Origin: Octopus bimaculoides | Lineage: Eukaryota | Assembly (NCBI RefSeq): GCF_001194135.2 | Contig: NC_068985.1 | Span: 78,993,726-79,057,725, forward strand | Reading direction: 5' to 3' | Length of the DNA stretch: 64,000 nt | Part shown: positions 38,782 to 50,040 of the stretch, piece by piece | Numbering within the stretch: the first letter of the stretch is position 1 | Layout: every line of letters starts with the position of its first letter | Translations under genes and position numbers: made by a program | Notes under the pieces: generated by a model | Told to the model about the DNA's origin: nothing | What the model saw: only the letters and a program-made list of their open reading frames with translations | Databases searched by the model: none

Positions 38782-39336
38782 CAGAACTCGAGGCAATTCA
38801 GCGTCACTATACAAGAAAGATCGCCACAGTCCAACAGATGAACTACAGGGAGCGACTGAAGGCACTAGGTCTCTACTTCCTGGAGCGCAGGCGGAAGAGA
38901 AATGTAATAATATACACATGGAAAATACTGGAAGGACTGGTGCCAAACTTTGGCATCAAGTACTACAAGAATGCCCGCACAGGTCGCCACTGCATGGTAC
39001 CAAAGGTGCCGTCCACTGCATGTCGCATAAGAACGAGGTACTGCAACAGCCGCGGTTTCAGAGGACCTCAGCTCTTTAATGCCCTGCCAAAACATTTGAG
39101 AGACCTGCAAGACATGGATATAGAGGTCTTCAAGACAAAACTCGACGCTTTCCTCTCCACGATACCAGACGAACCAATGGCTCGAAATGAGACACAGTTT
39201 AGGGCAGCGATGTCAAATTCTCTTATACACCAGATGTGCCATCAAAACTCTTGATTGGACTATATCAGGTAGAGGAGAAGAGCCATGCAAGGAACGTAAA
39301 GAGAGCACAGCATAAAGACGGAAAGTCACGGTGGTG
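38779..39336 (+). mobile_element. CR1-clade LINE 3' fragment starting right after (CA)n
   Basis: ELEAIQRHYTRKI..YRERLKALGLYFLERRR..WKILEGLVPN..GPQLFNALPKHLR..FKTKLDAFLSTIPDEP. Confidence 0.9.
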
Positions 39337-39881
39337 NNNNNNNNNNNNNNNNNNNNNNNNNNNNNNNNNNNNNNNNNNNNNNNNNNNNNNNNNNNNNNNN
39401 NNNNNNNNNNNNNNNNNNNNNNNNNNNNNNNNNNNNNNNNNNNNNNNNNNNNNNNNNNNNNNNNNNNNNNNNNNNNNNNNNNNNNNNNNNNNNNNNNNNN
39501 NNNNNNNNNNNNNNNNNNNNNNNNNNNNNNNNNNNNNNNNNNNNNNNNNNNNNNNNNNNNNNNNNNNNNNNNNNNNNNNNNNNNNNNNNNNNNNNNNNNN
39601 NNNNNNNNNNNNNNNNNNNNNNNNNNNNNNNNNNNNNNNNNNNNNNNNNNNNNNNNNNNNNNNNNNNNNNNNNNNNNNNNNNNNNNNNNNNNNNNNNNNN
39701 NNNNNNNNNNNNNNNNNNNNNNNNNNNNNNNNNNNNNNNNNNNNNNNNNNNNNNNNNNNNNNNNNNNNNNNNNNNNNNNNNNNNNNNNNNNNNNNNNNNN
39801 NATATATATATATATATATATATATAGTGGGTTGAACCCCCAACCCCTAACTCTCTCACGTTATTTCTATATATATATATA

Positions 39882-40090
39882 TAATTGAAGGACAGGTATC
39901 AATTCATTACGGTCGTTCTAACGACTCATTTAATTGATTATTAAGTATATTGTATCATTAAAAAGAAACCGTTTTCTTTAAATGCATACATGAAGAAAAC
40001 GGTCTCTTTATAATAATATAATGTATTCATTAATCAATTAAAGGAGTCGTTAGAAACGACCGTAATGAATTGACGCTTGTACTTCGATTG
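39882..40090. mobile_element. Palindromic MITE (about 100-bp arms)
   Basis: ATCAATTCATTACGGTCGTTCTAACGACTC...AAACCGTTTTCTT pairs with AAGAAAACGGTCT...GAGTCGTTAGAAACGACCGTAATGAATTGAC, with a loop of about 10 nt. Confidence 0.85.
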
Positions 40091-40369
40091 TTACTTGTTT
40101 ATATTTCATTCACCTATCTCAGAACATGCCCTTCGCAAATTCTGAAGTATATTATGGACCGTATATTTAATAAAATGTACATGTCTGAATACTTTAAGAG
40201 CGGATTATATACTCAGCTGGGTTAAATTGTCTGCATGCACTACAGGAATATCATTCGGCTGGTAATTCTGTAGCAAAGCTGATATTTACAGAATATTATT
40301 GTGTGTGTATATTATTCGAATCTAACGAAGTGCCTCAATTTAAGTGCCTAATTCAACTGAATTTTATAT

Positions 40370-40485
40370 ATAAATGTATGTGTGCGTATGCATATATACC
40401 TACATACACGCATACATACATACATACATGCATATATATACATACATACACACACACACACAAATATATATACATATATAGATAT

Positions 40486-40557
<72 letters not shown>

Positions 40558-40809
40558 ATGTATGTATGCATACACGAGCGAGTGGACAAACGAAAGTGCA
40601 CTCAGTGTATGTATATATGTATGTATGTATACGTATATCTATACATGGGTGTGTGTGCATGTTTGAACGAGTATATGTTTCTGTAAGTGCATATGCATTA
40701 GCAGGAGTAGATGAGGAAGTGTTCTGGGGTCATAGAGTGCAATTATAGACAGATGCATTGATAAATAGTGTGAACACACAACGGTTGATTTAAAAAGTAG
40801 ATACAACTA

Positions 40810-40870
<61 letters not shown>
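40370..40870. repeat. Compound microsatellites (TA)n/(CATA)n and (TG)n at 40813-40868
   Basis: Read directly. Confidence 0.95.
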
Positions 40871-40992
40871 ATAAGACAAATAGAATAGAAAAACTAGAAA
40901 AATAGAGTGAATTGCATGAAGTAAATTATCTCCTATTTTAACACTAAATAAGTATTACATTTTGTATGTTAGTGTGTGTGTATATATGTACA

Positions 40993-41391
40993 TACGAGGG
41001 TGGGCTAAAAAGTTCATAGGTTGACTGGGAAGTAGTGATGCTGGAGCTGTGAAATCTTGCATGCATTAATATGAACCCTTCTTATTAATAATTACATTAT
41101 TTCTTTCCAGGGAAACTGACATCTTAGTGTTTAAATTTGACTCCAAATGTAACTAGTAGCGATTTCTCTTGAAAACGAACAAGATTATGCATCATGGAGT
41201 TATAAACTACCAGCAGGACAATGCTCCAGCACACAAATCTTTGCTTTTAATTGCTGCTGTGCATGACTGTGGCTTTGAATTGGTTGATCACCCTCCCTAT
41301 TCTCCTGATTTGGCCTCATCTGACTATCATCTGTTTCTAATATGACAAAAAAAAAAAAAAAGACACTTGACTGGGAACCAGTATCGCAGTG
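40993..41391 (+). mobile_element. Internally deleted mariner element
   Basis: Mariner-type terminus TACGAGGGTGGGCTAAAAAGTTC. Translation gives QQDNAPAHKS..CGFELVDHPPYSPDLASSDYHLF. Confidence 0.85.
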
Positions 41392-41472
41392 TATATATAA
41401 ATAGAAACATTATTATTTCTAAATTTCTCAGCGAGAGATATTCAGTAAGAGTACTCTAAAGTAAAGATTATA

Positions 41473-41701
41473 TGCCAACATAATGTGGCAGTCCCAGTTG
41501 GGATTAATGTTACTGTTATTTAGCCCCAGGAAACATCGTCTCCAGTTGGCTATACGACACACCTTCTGTGTCCTTATATTATCGAACAGGGTAGTTTAGC
41601 ATCCCTATTCAGCACAAGGCAATACCAGTATCCTCACTCACTCAGCACAAAACAATAACAGTAACATTCGTCCCTACCGGGACTGCCACATTACGTTAGC
41701 A
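41473..41701. mobile_element. MITE with 48-bp terminal inverted repeats
   Basis: TGCCAACATAATGTGGCAGTCCCAGTTGGGATTAATGTTACTGTTATT vs AATAACAGTAACATTCGTCCCTACCGGGACTGCCACATTACGTTAGCA. Confidence 0.85.
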
Positions 41702-41719
41702 AATGATCTTTATTTTAGT

Positions 41720-41769
<50 letters not shown>

Positions 41770-42355
41770 NNNNNNNNNNNNNNNNNNNNNNNNNNNNNNN
41801 NNNNNNNNNNNNNNNNNNNNNNNNNNNNNNNNNNNNNNNNNNNNNNNNNNNNNNNNNNNNNNNNNNNNNNNNNNNNNNNNNNNNNNNNNNNNNNNNNNNN
41901 NNNNNNNNNNNNNNNNNNNNNNNNNNNNNNNNNNNNNNNNNNNNNNNNNNNNNNNNNNNNNNNNNNNNNNNNNNNNNNNNNNNNNNNNNNNNNNNNNNNN
42001 NNNNNNNNNNNNNNNNNNNNNNNNNNNNNNNNNNNNNNNNNNNNNNNNNNNNNNNNNNNNNNNNNNNNNNNNNNNNNNNNNNNNNNNNNNNNNNNNNNNN
42101 NNNNNNNNNNNNNNNNNNNNNNNNNNNNNNNNNNNNNNNNNNNNNNNNNNNNNNNNNNNNNNNNNNNNNNNNNNNNNNNNNNNNNNNNNNNNNNNNNNNN
42201 NNNNNNNNNNNNNNNNNNNNNNNNNNNNNNNNNNNNNNNNNNNNNNNNNNNNNNNNNNNNNNNNNNNNNNNNNNNNNNNNNNNNNNNNNNNNNNNNNNNN
42301 NNNNNNNNNNNNNNNNNNNNNNNTATATATATATAAATAGACACACACACATACA

Positions 42356-42564
42356 CACGAGGGGTGCTGAAAGTTCCTGGCTCTAGGTAAAAGATATACA
42401 GGAGGATCAATTAATTATGATTTTATTCAACGTATTCCCCTCTCAGATTCACACACTTATGGTAGTGGTCCTTACGTTTTTTTAAAGCCCTTTAAAAGAA
42501 CTCGAAAGGTTGGGCCTCCAGCCAAGCCTTTAGCGACACCGTTAAAGCCAAGAACTTTTCAGCA
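42356..42564. mobile_element. Mariner-derived MITE
   Basis: Left CACGAGGGGTGCTGAAAGTTCCTGGCT; right AGCCAAGAACTTTTCAGCA (inverted, outer end lost). Confidence 0.75.
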
Positions 42565-42844
42565 GTATGTGAGGCGTGTCACTATGAATGTGTGCGCACC
42601 GATCAACCTAGGTTTCATATTACATTCCGAAATAATCGTAATATTTACTTTCTAAAAGGTATCTGTAGAAGATTTCATTAAAAGATACTCATTTTGCTGG
42701 AAATTAGGAGGAAACAAAGCTGTTTCGTTTGAATTTTCTGAGACTGATGTCTTCCTTCTCAGAAAAATTTTCCACCACAAATTCAGATACAATCGGAATC
42801 GATACCATCTGAAGCGTATTTAGAAAATTTCACTAAAATGTGGG

Positions 42845-43985
42845 TGTATAGTAAGAACCTTGCTTCCCAATCACATGGTTCCGGGTTCAGTCCCATTACG
42901 TGACACCTTGGGCAAGTGTTTCCTACTATAACCTCGGGCCGACCAAAGCTTGTGAGTGGATTTGGTAGACGGAAACTGAAAGAAGCCCGGCGTATATATA
43001 TATATACTACGTATCTCTCTATTTACCCCTCTCGTTCTTCCTTCTGTTACTACTATATCTCTCTCTTTCTCCCTCTCGTTCTTCCTTCTGTTACTACTAT
43101 ATCTCTCTCTTTCTCCCTCTCGTTATTCCTTCTGTTACTACTATATTTCTCTCTTCCTCTCTTTCTCTCGTTGCTCACCTTTTCTTTTTACTTCCTCCCC
43201 TTGTTTCTCCCTCTACCACTCTCTCTTCCTTACCCCTCGTGGTCACATGTGTCCACGTACTAATTCTTTTCTTCCTTGGCTTTCGCCAAGCAAACATGCG
43301 AACTTACTTCGTCCCGCTTCCAGTTCGTTGCTTCACAGCGTTCCACTTACACATAATTTTTCACGTCTGGCCGTATAGCCTTTCCCGTTTGTTTTCCTGT
43401 CTTGTTTTCTTTTCCGTTTGTTTTCCTGTCTTGTTTTCTTTTCCGTTTGTCTTACTGTCTTGTTTTCTGTCCGCCACTACATTCCTCTATGGTACAGTTT
43501 AATTTGTGTATACAAATTTAATTTGTGATCCATGGGAAGAGCCATTTTAATGATGCGTCCTGCCCTACTCTTCGAAACGCCTGTGTTAGAATAGGGGTAG
43601 CTGATGAAGGAAAATGTTCTCTATGTGGCCTGTGTGTGTTCTGTACTCTGGTTATTATTTTTTTGTGTCTACGTTTTGTTTATAATGTCCTGTACCCAGA
43701 TATGCACCTATATATATACAGGTAGACGTATATATGTATATGTGTGTGTGTGTGTGTGTGTGTATGTATATATGTATGTATTTGTGAGTCTGTGTTTGTC
43801 TCCCCACTATCGCTTGACAACCGATGTTGGAGTGTTTACGTCCCCGTAACTTAGCGGTTCGGTAAAAGACACCGATAGAATAAGTACTATGCTTACAAAG
43901 AATGAGTCCTGGGGGTTGATTTGTTCGACTAATGGCGGTTCTCCAGCATGGTCGCAGTCAAATGACTGAAACAAGAAAAAGAGGA
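42845..43985 (+). mobile_element. SINE family A split by an insertion of about 700 bp in its central (TA)n
   Basis: Head at 42845-43005 and tail at 43720-43985 are both well preserved. The insert carries a 44-bp unit x3 (43013-43144), a 29-bp unit x3 (43381-43468) and the family H end. Confidence 0.85.
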
Positions 43986-44117
43986 AAAGAATATATCAGT
44001 TTTTATAAATGTTATGAGGAAACAAAGAGAGGGAGAAGCACACTTGCTTGAATATACCAAGATACATTCTTGCCACTTGCACTACGGTTGTACTGATAAA
44101 CAAAGGAGGTGTCAGAA

Positions 44118-44118
44118 G

Positions 44119-44195
<77 letters not shown>

Positions 44196-44198
44196 GAT
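44118..44198. repeat. (GATA)n tetranucleotide microsatellite (also (TATC)n at 45377-45420 and 46313-46385)
   Basis: Read directly. Confidence 0.95.
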
Positions 44199-44512
44199 AT
44201 AACGATGACTGCAATGACATAGAAATGGAAGAAAAGACACAAGTATTGACAGATGCCTATGTGTGAATAATCATAATAGTTGAGACATACACTGAGCTGT
44301 TAACAATCTCTCGCGCCACTTTTTTTTAACTTCTAAAGGAAAGAAAATATCGTGAATTAAAGTATTTAAGTACATTAGATTTTCGACGTGTTATTGTATC
44401 TTATTTTAATATTTTGTTTTCATATTTTAACATTAAAAATTTTTTCTTAAAAATACTTTTTAGTTTCAACTCCTAACTTATATTTCTTCTCTCTAAATAA
44501 AATGAACACATA

Positions 44513-44558
<46 letters not shown>

Positions 44559-44661
44559 NNNNNNNNNNNNNNNNNNNNNNNNNNNNNNNNNNNNNNNNNN
44601 NNNNNNNNNNNNNNNNNNNNNNNNNNNNNNNNNNNNNNNNNNNNNNNNNNNNNNNNNNNNN

Positions 44662-44702
<41 letters not shown>

Positions 44703-45326
44703 TTATGCATATATGTACACATACACATGTATATGTATGTTTGCGCGCATGTATATTATTTATGTACATGTGTGTATGCATGCATATATCTATATATGTG
44801 TGTATATATGTATGTAGTTATTTGTGTATGTATGTATGTATGTATGTATGTATGTATGTATGTATAAAACTATTATTTTTTGACAATGATAGATTGTAAA
44901 ATATTTCACCATTTCATTTCCTATTTCCTTAACTATAGAAAAAAGAAATATGTAAAAGGTAGAGGAAGGATGCTTAGATTGTGAAGATTGCCAAAAGAAA
45001 CAAACAAGCAACCAACCAAATAAATAAATGGATAAGTAAACAAGGAGAGAGAAACATGAATAAATAAACAAATAAATAGAATGAGAGAAAATTATATCTT
45101 GATCTTTTTATTTGATAAAACTTTCATTTTCGATATAGATTTTCATTTGTCACTAAAGTAAACATTGTTGTTAGCAGGTTTAAGGAATACAAGATGAATT
45201 TCCGATTCTTTCCTTAGGCATTAAAGCAATGTATGTATGCATGTATGTATATGTATGTATGTATGCATGTATGCATGTACACACACGCGCACATACACAT
45301 ATGTATGCAACTGTATATCTATATCC

Positions 45327-45357
<31 letters not shown>

Positions 45358-45375
45358 TGTATGTATGTATGTATG

Positions 45376-45422
<47 letters not shown>

Positions 45423-45463
45423 ATCAGTGTGTGTGTGTGTATATGTATATATATATATATATG

Positions 45464-45508
<45 letters not shown>

Positions 45509-45512
<4 letters not shown>

Positions 45513-45770
45513 ATATATACGTGTGTATATATCTCTTGGTATATGTATGTTTATATAGGTGTACATACATATATGCATTTATGTGTGTAATATACAATAT
45601 ATATATTATATACACACAAATATATATATAAATATATATATATATATGTATATATATATTTGTCTGTATATAATATATATATTATATATTACACACATAA
45701 ATGCACATATGTATGTACACCTATATAAACATACATATACTAACAGATATATACATACGTCTATACACAT
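45509..45770. repeat. Low-complexity long palindrome (arms about 125 bp)
   Basis: TTTATATAGGTGTACATACATATATGCATTTATGTGTGTAATATA is mirrored by TATATTACACACATAAATGCACATATGTATGTACACCTATATAAA. Confidence 0.85.
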
Positions 45771-45965
45771 ATAATTAAGTATATATAAATATATATGTAA
45801 TATACATGTGTATATGTTTATATACCCACACGTACATAACTACGCACACACAATATTGTATTGAATACACAATTGTGTTCCCATTTTATCTGATTTAGCC
45901 TAGATTTTTGGCAGATAATTGTATGAGTTCCTTGCAACTTATTGGGGAAAAAATCAGGCTCGTAA

Positions 45966-46019
45966 ATACTCGAAATACGTTTCCACGCTTTCACAGTCTT
46001 ATCTTCAGGGTGGAGTACT
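45966..46019 (-). ncRNA. Degenerate minimal type I hammerhead ribozyme (Penelope-like element signature)
   Basis: Minus strand TACTCCACC-CTGAAGA-TAAGACTGTGAAAGCGTG-GAAAC-GTA-TTTCGAGTA. Core motifs are in canonical order and distal stem I (TACTC/GAGTA) pairs; stem II and proximal stem I are decayed. Confidence 0.5.
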
Positions 46020-46313
46020 GTTGATAAGTTTTATTTCTACTTCATAAGTAATAGAACCAGTGGAAATGTTAAATTTTACTCGGAATGTAAGTGTTGATTG
46101 TTAGAGTGATACGACATCAGTCAGGAGTTTAGTTTTGTCCGTGACTGGTGTTATCTTTATGTCTGGTTTAGCATTAGGTTGTGTCATGCGTTTTATTTCC
46201 ATCAATAATCCTATTTTCTAAGACATTAATATATATTCATATACTTTACATGACGAGAGCTTAGCCCACACAGGCACAAAATGAGTGGCAAAATCCCTTT
46301 CTCTCTCTCTCAT

Positions 46314-46377
<64 letters not shown>

Positions 46378-46451
46378 TTATCTATATTACACGCACACAC
46401 ACATACACGACCATACCTACATTTCACACTGATGTAGTTTCGTATGCTGAT

Positions 46452-46655
46452 TAAAGGCACAAAGCCTGAAATTTTGGGGTAGGGGATAAGTCGATTACAA
46501 CGACCCTAGTGCTTGACTGGTACTTATTTTATCGACTCCGAAAAGATGAAAGGCAAAGTCTACCTCGATGGAATTTGAGCTCAGAACATAAGGACGAATT
46601 GCCGCCATGCATAAGCCCCCGGCGTGCTAACGATTCTGCTATCTCTCTGCCTTTC
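46452..46655 (-). mobile_element. SINE family B
   Basis: GGTACTTATTTTATCGACTCCGAAAAGATGAAAGGCAAAGTC..GAGCTCAGAAC..AACGATTCTGC. Confidence 0.8.
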
Positions 46656-46803
46656 TCTAGAAATTAATAATGAAGTTAGGTAATTTTAGCTAATGGAAAG
46701 CCTGAATTTCCGGTCATAGCAGAAGTCCCAACTGTTCGTGCCCATGAGAACAATATATACAAGGAAGACGAACCTTTTGCGTGGTCTGTTGGTTTGTGAG
46801 AAA

Positions 46804-46930
46804 GGATCCAGGTAAAAAAAAAACCTCACAGGAAAAAGTCACAGGGGAGAGGGTTGTCCGAGGGGAGTTTTGTCCGGATCCTATAAGTTAACTGTGACTT
46901 TTTTTCCTGTGACTTTATTACCGGTCACCG
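46804..46930. mobile_element. Mini inverted-repeat element with GGATCC ends and AAAAGTCACAG subrepeats
   Basis: TCACAGGAAAAAGTCACAG (46826-46844) is inverted relative to CTGTGACTTTTTTTCCTGTGA (46892-46912). Related termini occur at about 16010-16110 and 60181. Confidence 0.55.
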
Positions 46931-47244
46931 CGAGAAATAGGTGGTGTAGAAAGAATTTGTTACCAACTTTTGCCCATAAAATTTGATTACGACGTTATCG
47001 TAAAGAGACGACGGCGGCGACGATGACTTGTAATTTCAATTGATTTTGCATACTATTATGTTTTAAAGCAGTTTTGATTGGAATAAATGAAAGCAATTGT
47101 TACACTTTGCGAGATTCGAAACCATTAAAAATTAACACAAATGAAATGAAGTTACAACTTCGTCTAAAATTTTATTTTGGGAAAGCTACTCATCTTCGTA
47201 TAGCTAAACACCGCTCTGCCAACTTTGAATTGGTGGCAAGGTTG

Positions 47245-47462
47245 TAAGAGATATTGGCTTCAAATTTTGGCATAAAGCCAGCAAGTTCGGAGGTGGGGTA
47301 AGTCGAGTAAATGGTACTCAACTAGTACTTAGTTCATCGACCCCGGAAAGATGAAAGGCAAAGTGGACTTCAACGGAATTAAAACACGGAACGTGAAGAC
47401 GGACGAAATGCCGCTAAGCATCTTGTCCGACATCCTATCGATTCTGCCAGCTCGCTGCCTTA
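47245..47462 (-). mobile_element. SINE family B
   Basis: CATCGACCCCGGAAAGATGAAAGGCAAAGTGGAC..GGACGAAATGCCGCTAAGCAT..GATTCTGCCAGCTCGCTGCC. Confidence 0.85.
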
Positions 47463-47942
47463 TAAAGTTCTAAGACATACTGTGAGGTGGTGAGTTTTAA
47501 ATTTACTAATTGTTGGTATCTACTTACATCAATTTATGTCCTGATTTCAAGAATTACGTTGGTGTTCATTTTGTCTCTCATTTCTGATTAGAAAAAAAGA
47601 AAAGAAAACCAGAAAGGAGCTTTGTCTCTGTGAAAATGAAAACAAAGTATTATTGTTGTTTAACTCCATGTTGGTTCCAATCCACAGACCGATCATTAGA
47701 TGCATTTCAGCCATGCTCATCTCGACGGTTCTATTTTTTTCTTTTTCGAGCTTGATGCTAACCTTAGTGACCCTAACAAAAATCAAATATGTCCTTTTAA
47801 AAACCGTTAGGGTGTCAGTTAAGGAAAGGGCGATATTAGAATTTAGCGGTCCACTTTCACTTGGTCAAGCTTGCTTTTACTGGAGATGCATGGGTAAACA
47901 ACAGTTCGTGTTTTTGTTGTTGATGATGATGTGATAATGATG

Positions 47943-48160
47943 TATAATCCTTTCTACTATAGGCACAAGGCCTGAAACTTTGGGGCAAGGGGCTAGTCGA
48001 CAATATTGACCCCAGTGATTGACTAGTACCTCCTTTCTCGACTCCGAAAGGATGATAGGCAAAGTCGGCCAAGGAGGAATTTCAACTAAGAACGTAGAGA
48101 CGGACGAAATTCCGTTAAACATTTTTCCTGGTGTGCTAATAATTTTGCCAGCTCATTGAC
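47943..48160 (-). mobile_element. SINE family B
   Basis: AATCCTTTCTACTATAGGCACAAGGCCTGAAA..CGACTCCGAAAGGATGATAGGCAAAGTCGGCC..TTTTGCCAGCTC. Confidence 0.85.
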
Positions 48161-48200
48161 TAAATATGCATATATTAGCGACAGAGGTAGTATTAATACC

Positions 48201-48807
48201 GAGAGGTTATATTTATTCCCAGTTAAACGTAGATGTCCTGTTAGAACAAACTTTACTGCGGTAGATACCATGAGAGGGACTCTCATATCGGCTTCTGGTG
48301 CAGAATATACACTTGTTTGTTTATATCGCCAGCGAGGAGAAAAATCCCCACCAATCCCAGAGTCGAAACCACTAGATCACGTGATCTCGATTTTCCTTGA
48401 TCTCATCGGTGATGGACGCTAGCGATATATAGAATATCAGTGCCAGATCAGGCACAAGTGTCGCGTTTAGCCAGTAAGCTAGTATATATTTTTTAACAAG
48501 CTAACTGGCTAATCGCGACACCAGTGCCTGATCTGGCACTGATTTTCTATATACCGTTAGCGGAGAGATGAGTCGCTTCTATCTGTAGCGGTCGAGCGTC
48601 TATCACCGATGAGGTCAGGAAGATCGAAATCAGGTGATCTGATGGTCTCGACGCTGGAGTCGGTGAGGATTTATCTCCCTGCTGGCGATATAAACAAACA
48701 AGCGTGCATTAAATATCACATCTTACTGTTTCTCCCATGATATCCACCGCAGTAAAGTTTGTTCTAACAGAACATTCACGTTTAATTGAGAATAGATATT
48801 ACCTCTC
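48201..48807. mobile_element. 607-bp foldback (non-autonomous DNA transposon), GAG...CTC termini
   Basis: Arms of about 280 bp pair end to end (GAGAGGTTATATTTATTCCC..TGTTAGAACAAACTTTACTGCGG / CCGCAGTAAAGTTTGTTCTAACA..GAGAATAGATATTACCTCTC). 18-nt loop at 48481-48498. Confidence 0.9.
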
Positions 48808-48831
48808 AGCTAAATAACGATTCATTAATGG

Positions 48832-49015
48832 TTTTAAATTATGGCACAAACCCAGCAAGTTCAGGGAGGGAGTAAGTCGATTACAAGTAGTTATTTTATC
48901 GCTCCCAAAATGATGAAAGGCAAAGTCAACCTCGGCGGAATTTGAACTCAGAACGTAATGATGAAATGCCGTTAAGCATTTTACCCGGCGCGGTAACGAT
49001 TCTACCAGTTCACCG
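48832..49015 (-). mobile_element. SINE family B
   Basis: ATGAAAGGCAAAGTCAACCTCGGCGGAATTTGAACTCAGAACGT..AACGATTCTACCAG. Confidence 0.85.
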
Positions 49016-50040
49016 ATTTAATGATGATGTAATAATAATCAACCCCAATCAAGCTGACCGGGGAAAGCATTCCAGTTTTGACCATCCTGTTTACTTTTAG
49101 AAGTGTGTGAAGGATTACATTATCATACACGGCTTGACAGTCAAGTGAGAACCGGAGATCTAGTTTCCTGTTCAGGCAGGTGCAGCGATTAGGTCCATTA
49201 AATAATGCCTGTATTATTGTGACGTCCACAGTAGAGGTGTACAAGGTGAACTCTGTGGTTCCTCTGCATTTATCAATAGTAGCATGCAACCTCAAACACT
49301 TAATCGAGATGACTTATTTACCAAATCATTCCAAGTCACATTCCAAGTCTCCTCTTTCGATCGTAAAATAACATATATGTGGTTCCCTTTTTGAATTCGT
49401 AGGAATGTTATATAGAGATTTGGTTTCTGTTTCTAGCTAGTTGGGCGACTACATAGAGGCTTCCTAATTTAGCTTTCTGAGGGAACCTGAATATATGGAA
49501 GCTTTGCGGATGCTCACTGGACGGTATTTCTTGGTGAGGAAATAAGTTGACGATGAGAACGACGAAGTAGATTTGTAATTTCAATCGACTTTCATATTAA
49601 TGTGCACAGTTTTTTTTTGCGAAGCGGCTTTATGTCTGGATGAAGATAAAAGAAAGAGAAAGCATTTGTTACTAGTTGCGAAATCTCAAAATAAACTCGA
49701 TCCTACCAAAAGTCGACACAAGCTAAAGTAAGATACATTCGGTGTGAAAGTTCCTGTTCGTAAAGCTATACAACTATGTGTAGCTAAACACCACTTTACC
49801 AACTAGAAAGTGACGGCGGCGCGGCTGTTTGAGACACTTTTATGGGGTCAGATACAATTTACTGACTAATAGTAGTTAGTTACAGCAATTTACCTCATGA
49901 TTTAAAAAAAAATTATGTCTGTATTCACTTTTATCGTTCATCTGTCTCTGAAAAAAAAATTGACAAAACGAAAGTGAAAAGAGTTTTATCCTGTGAAAAA
50001 GGGGAAAAAAAAAGAAAAAAATTATTGTTGTTTTCAAACC

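Noticed and set aside
43560-43615. GAAAC and CTGATGA in permuted (type II) hammerhead order
   Set aside because: Stems I and II do not pair; a competing hairpin CCCTACTCT/AGAATAGGG forms instead. Kept only as part of family H.
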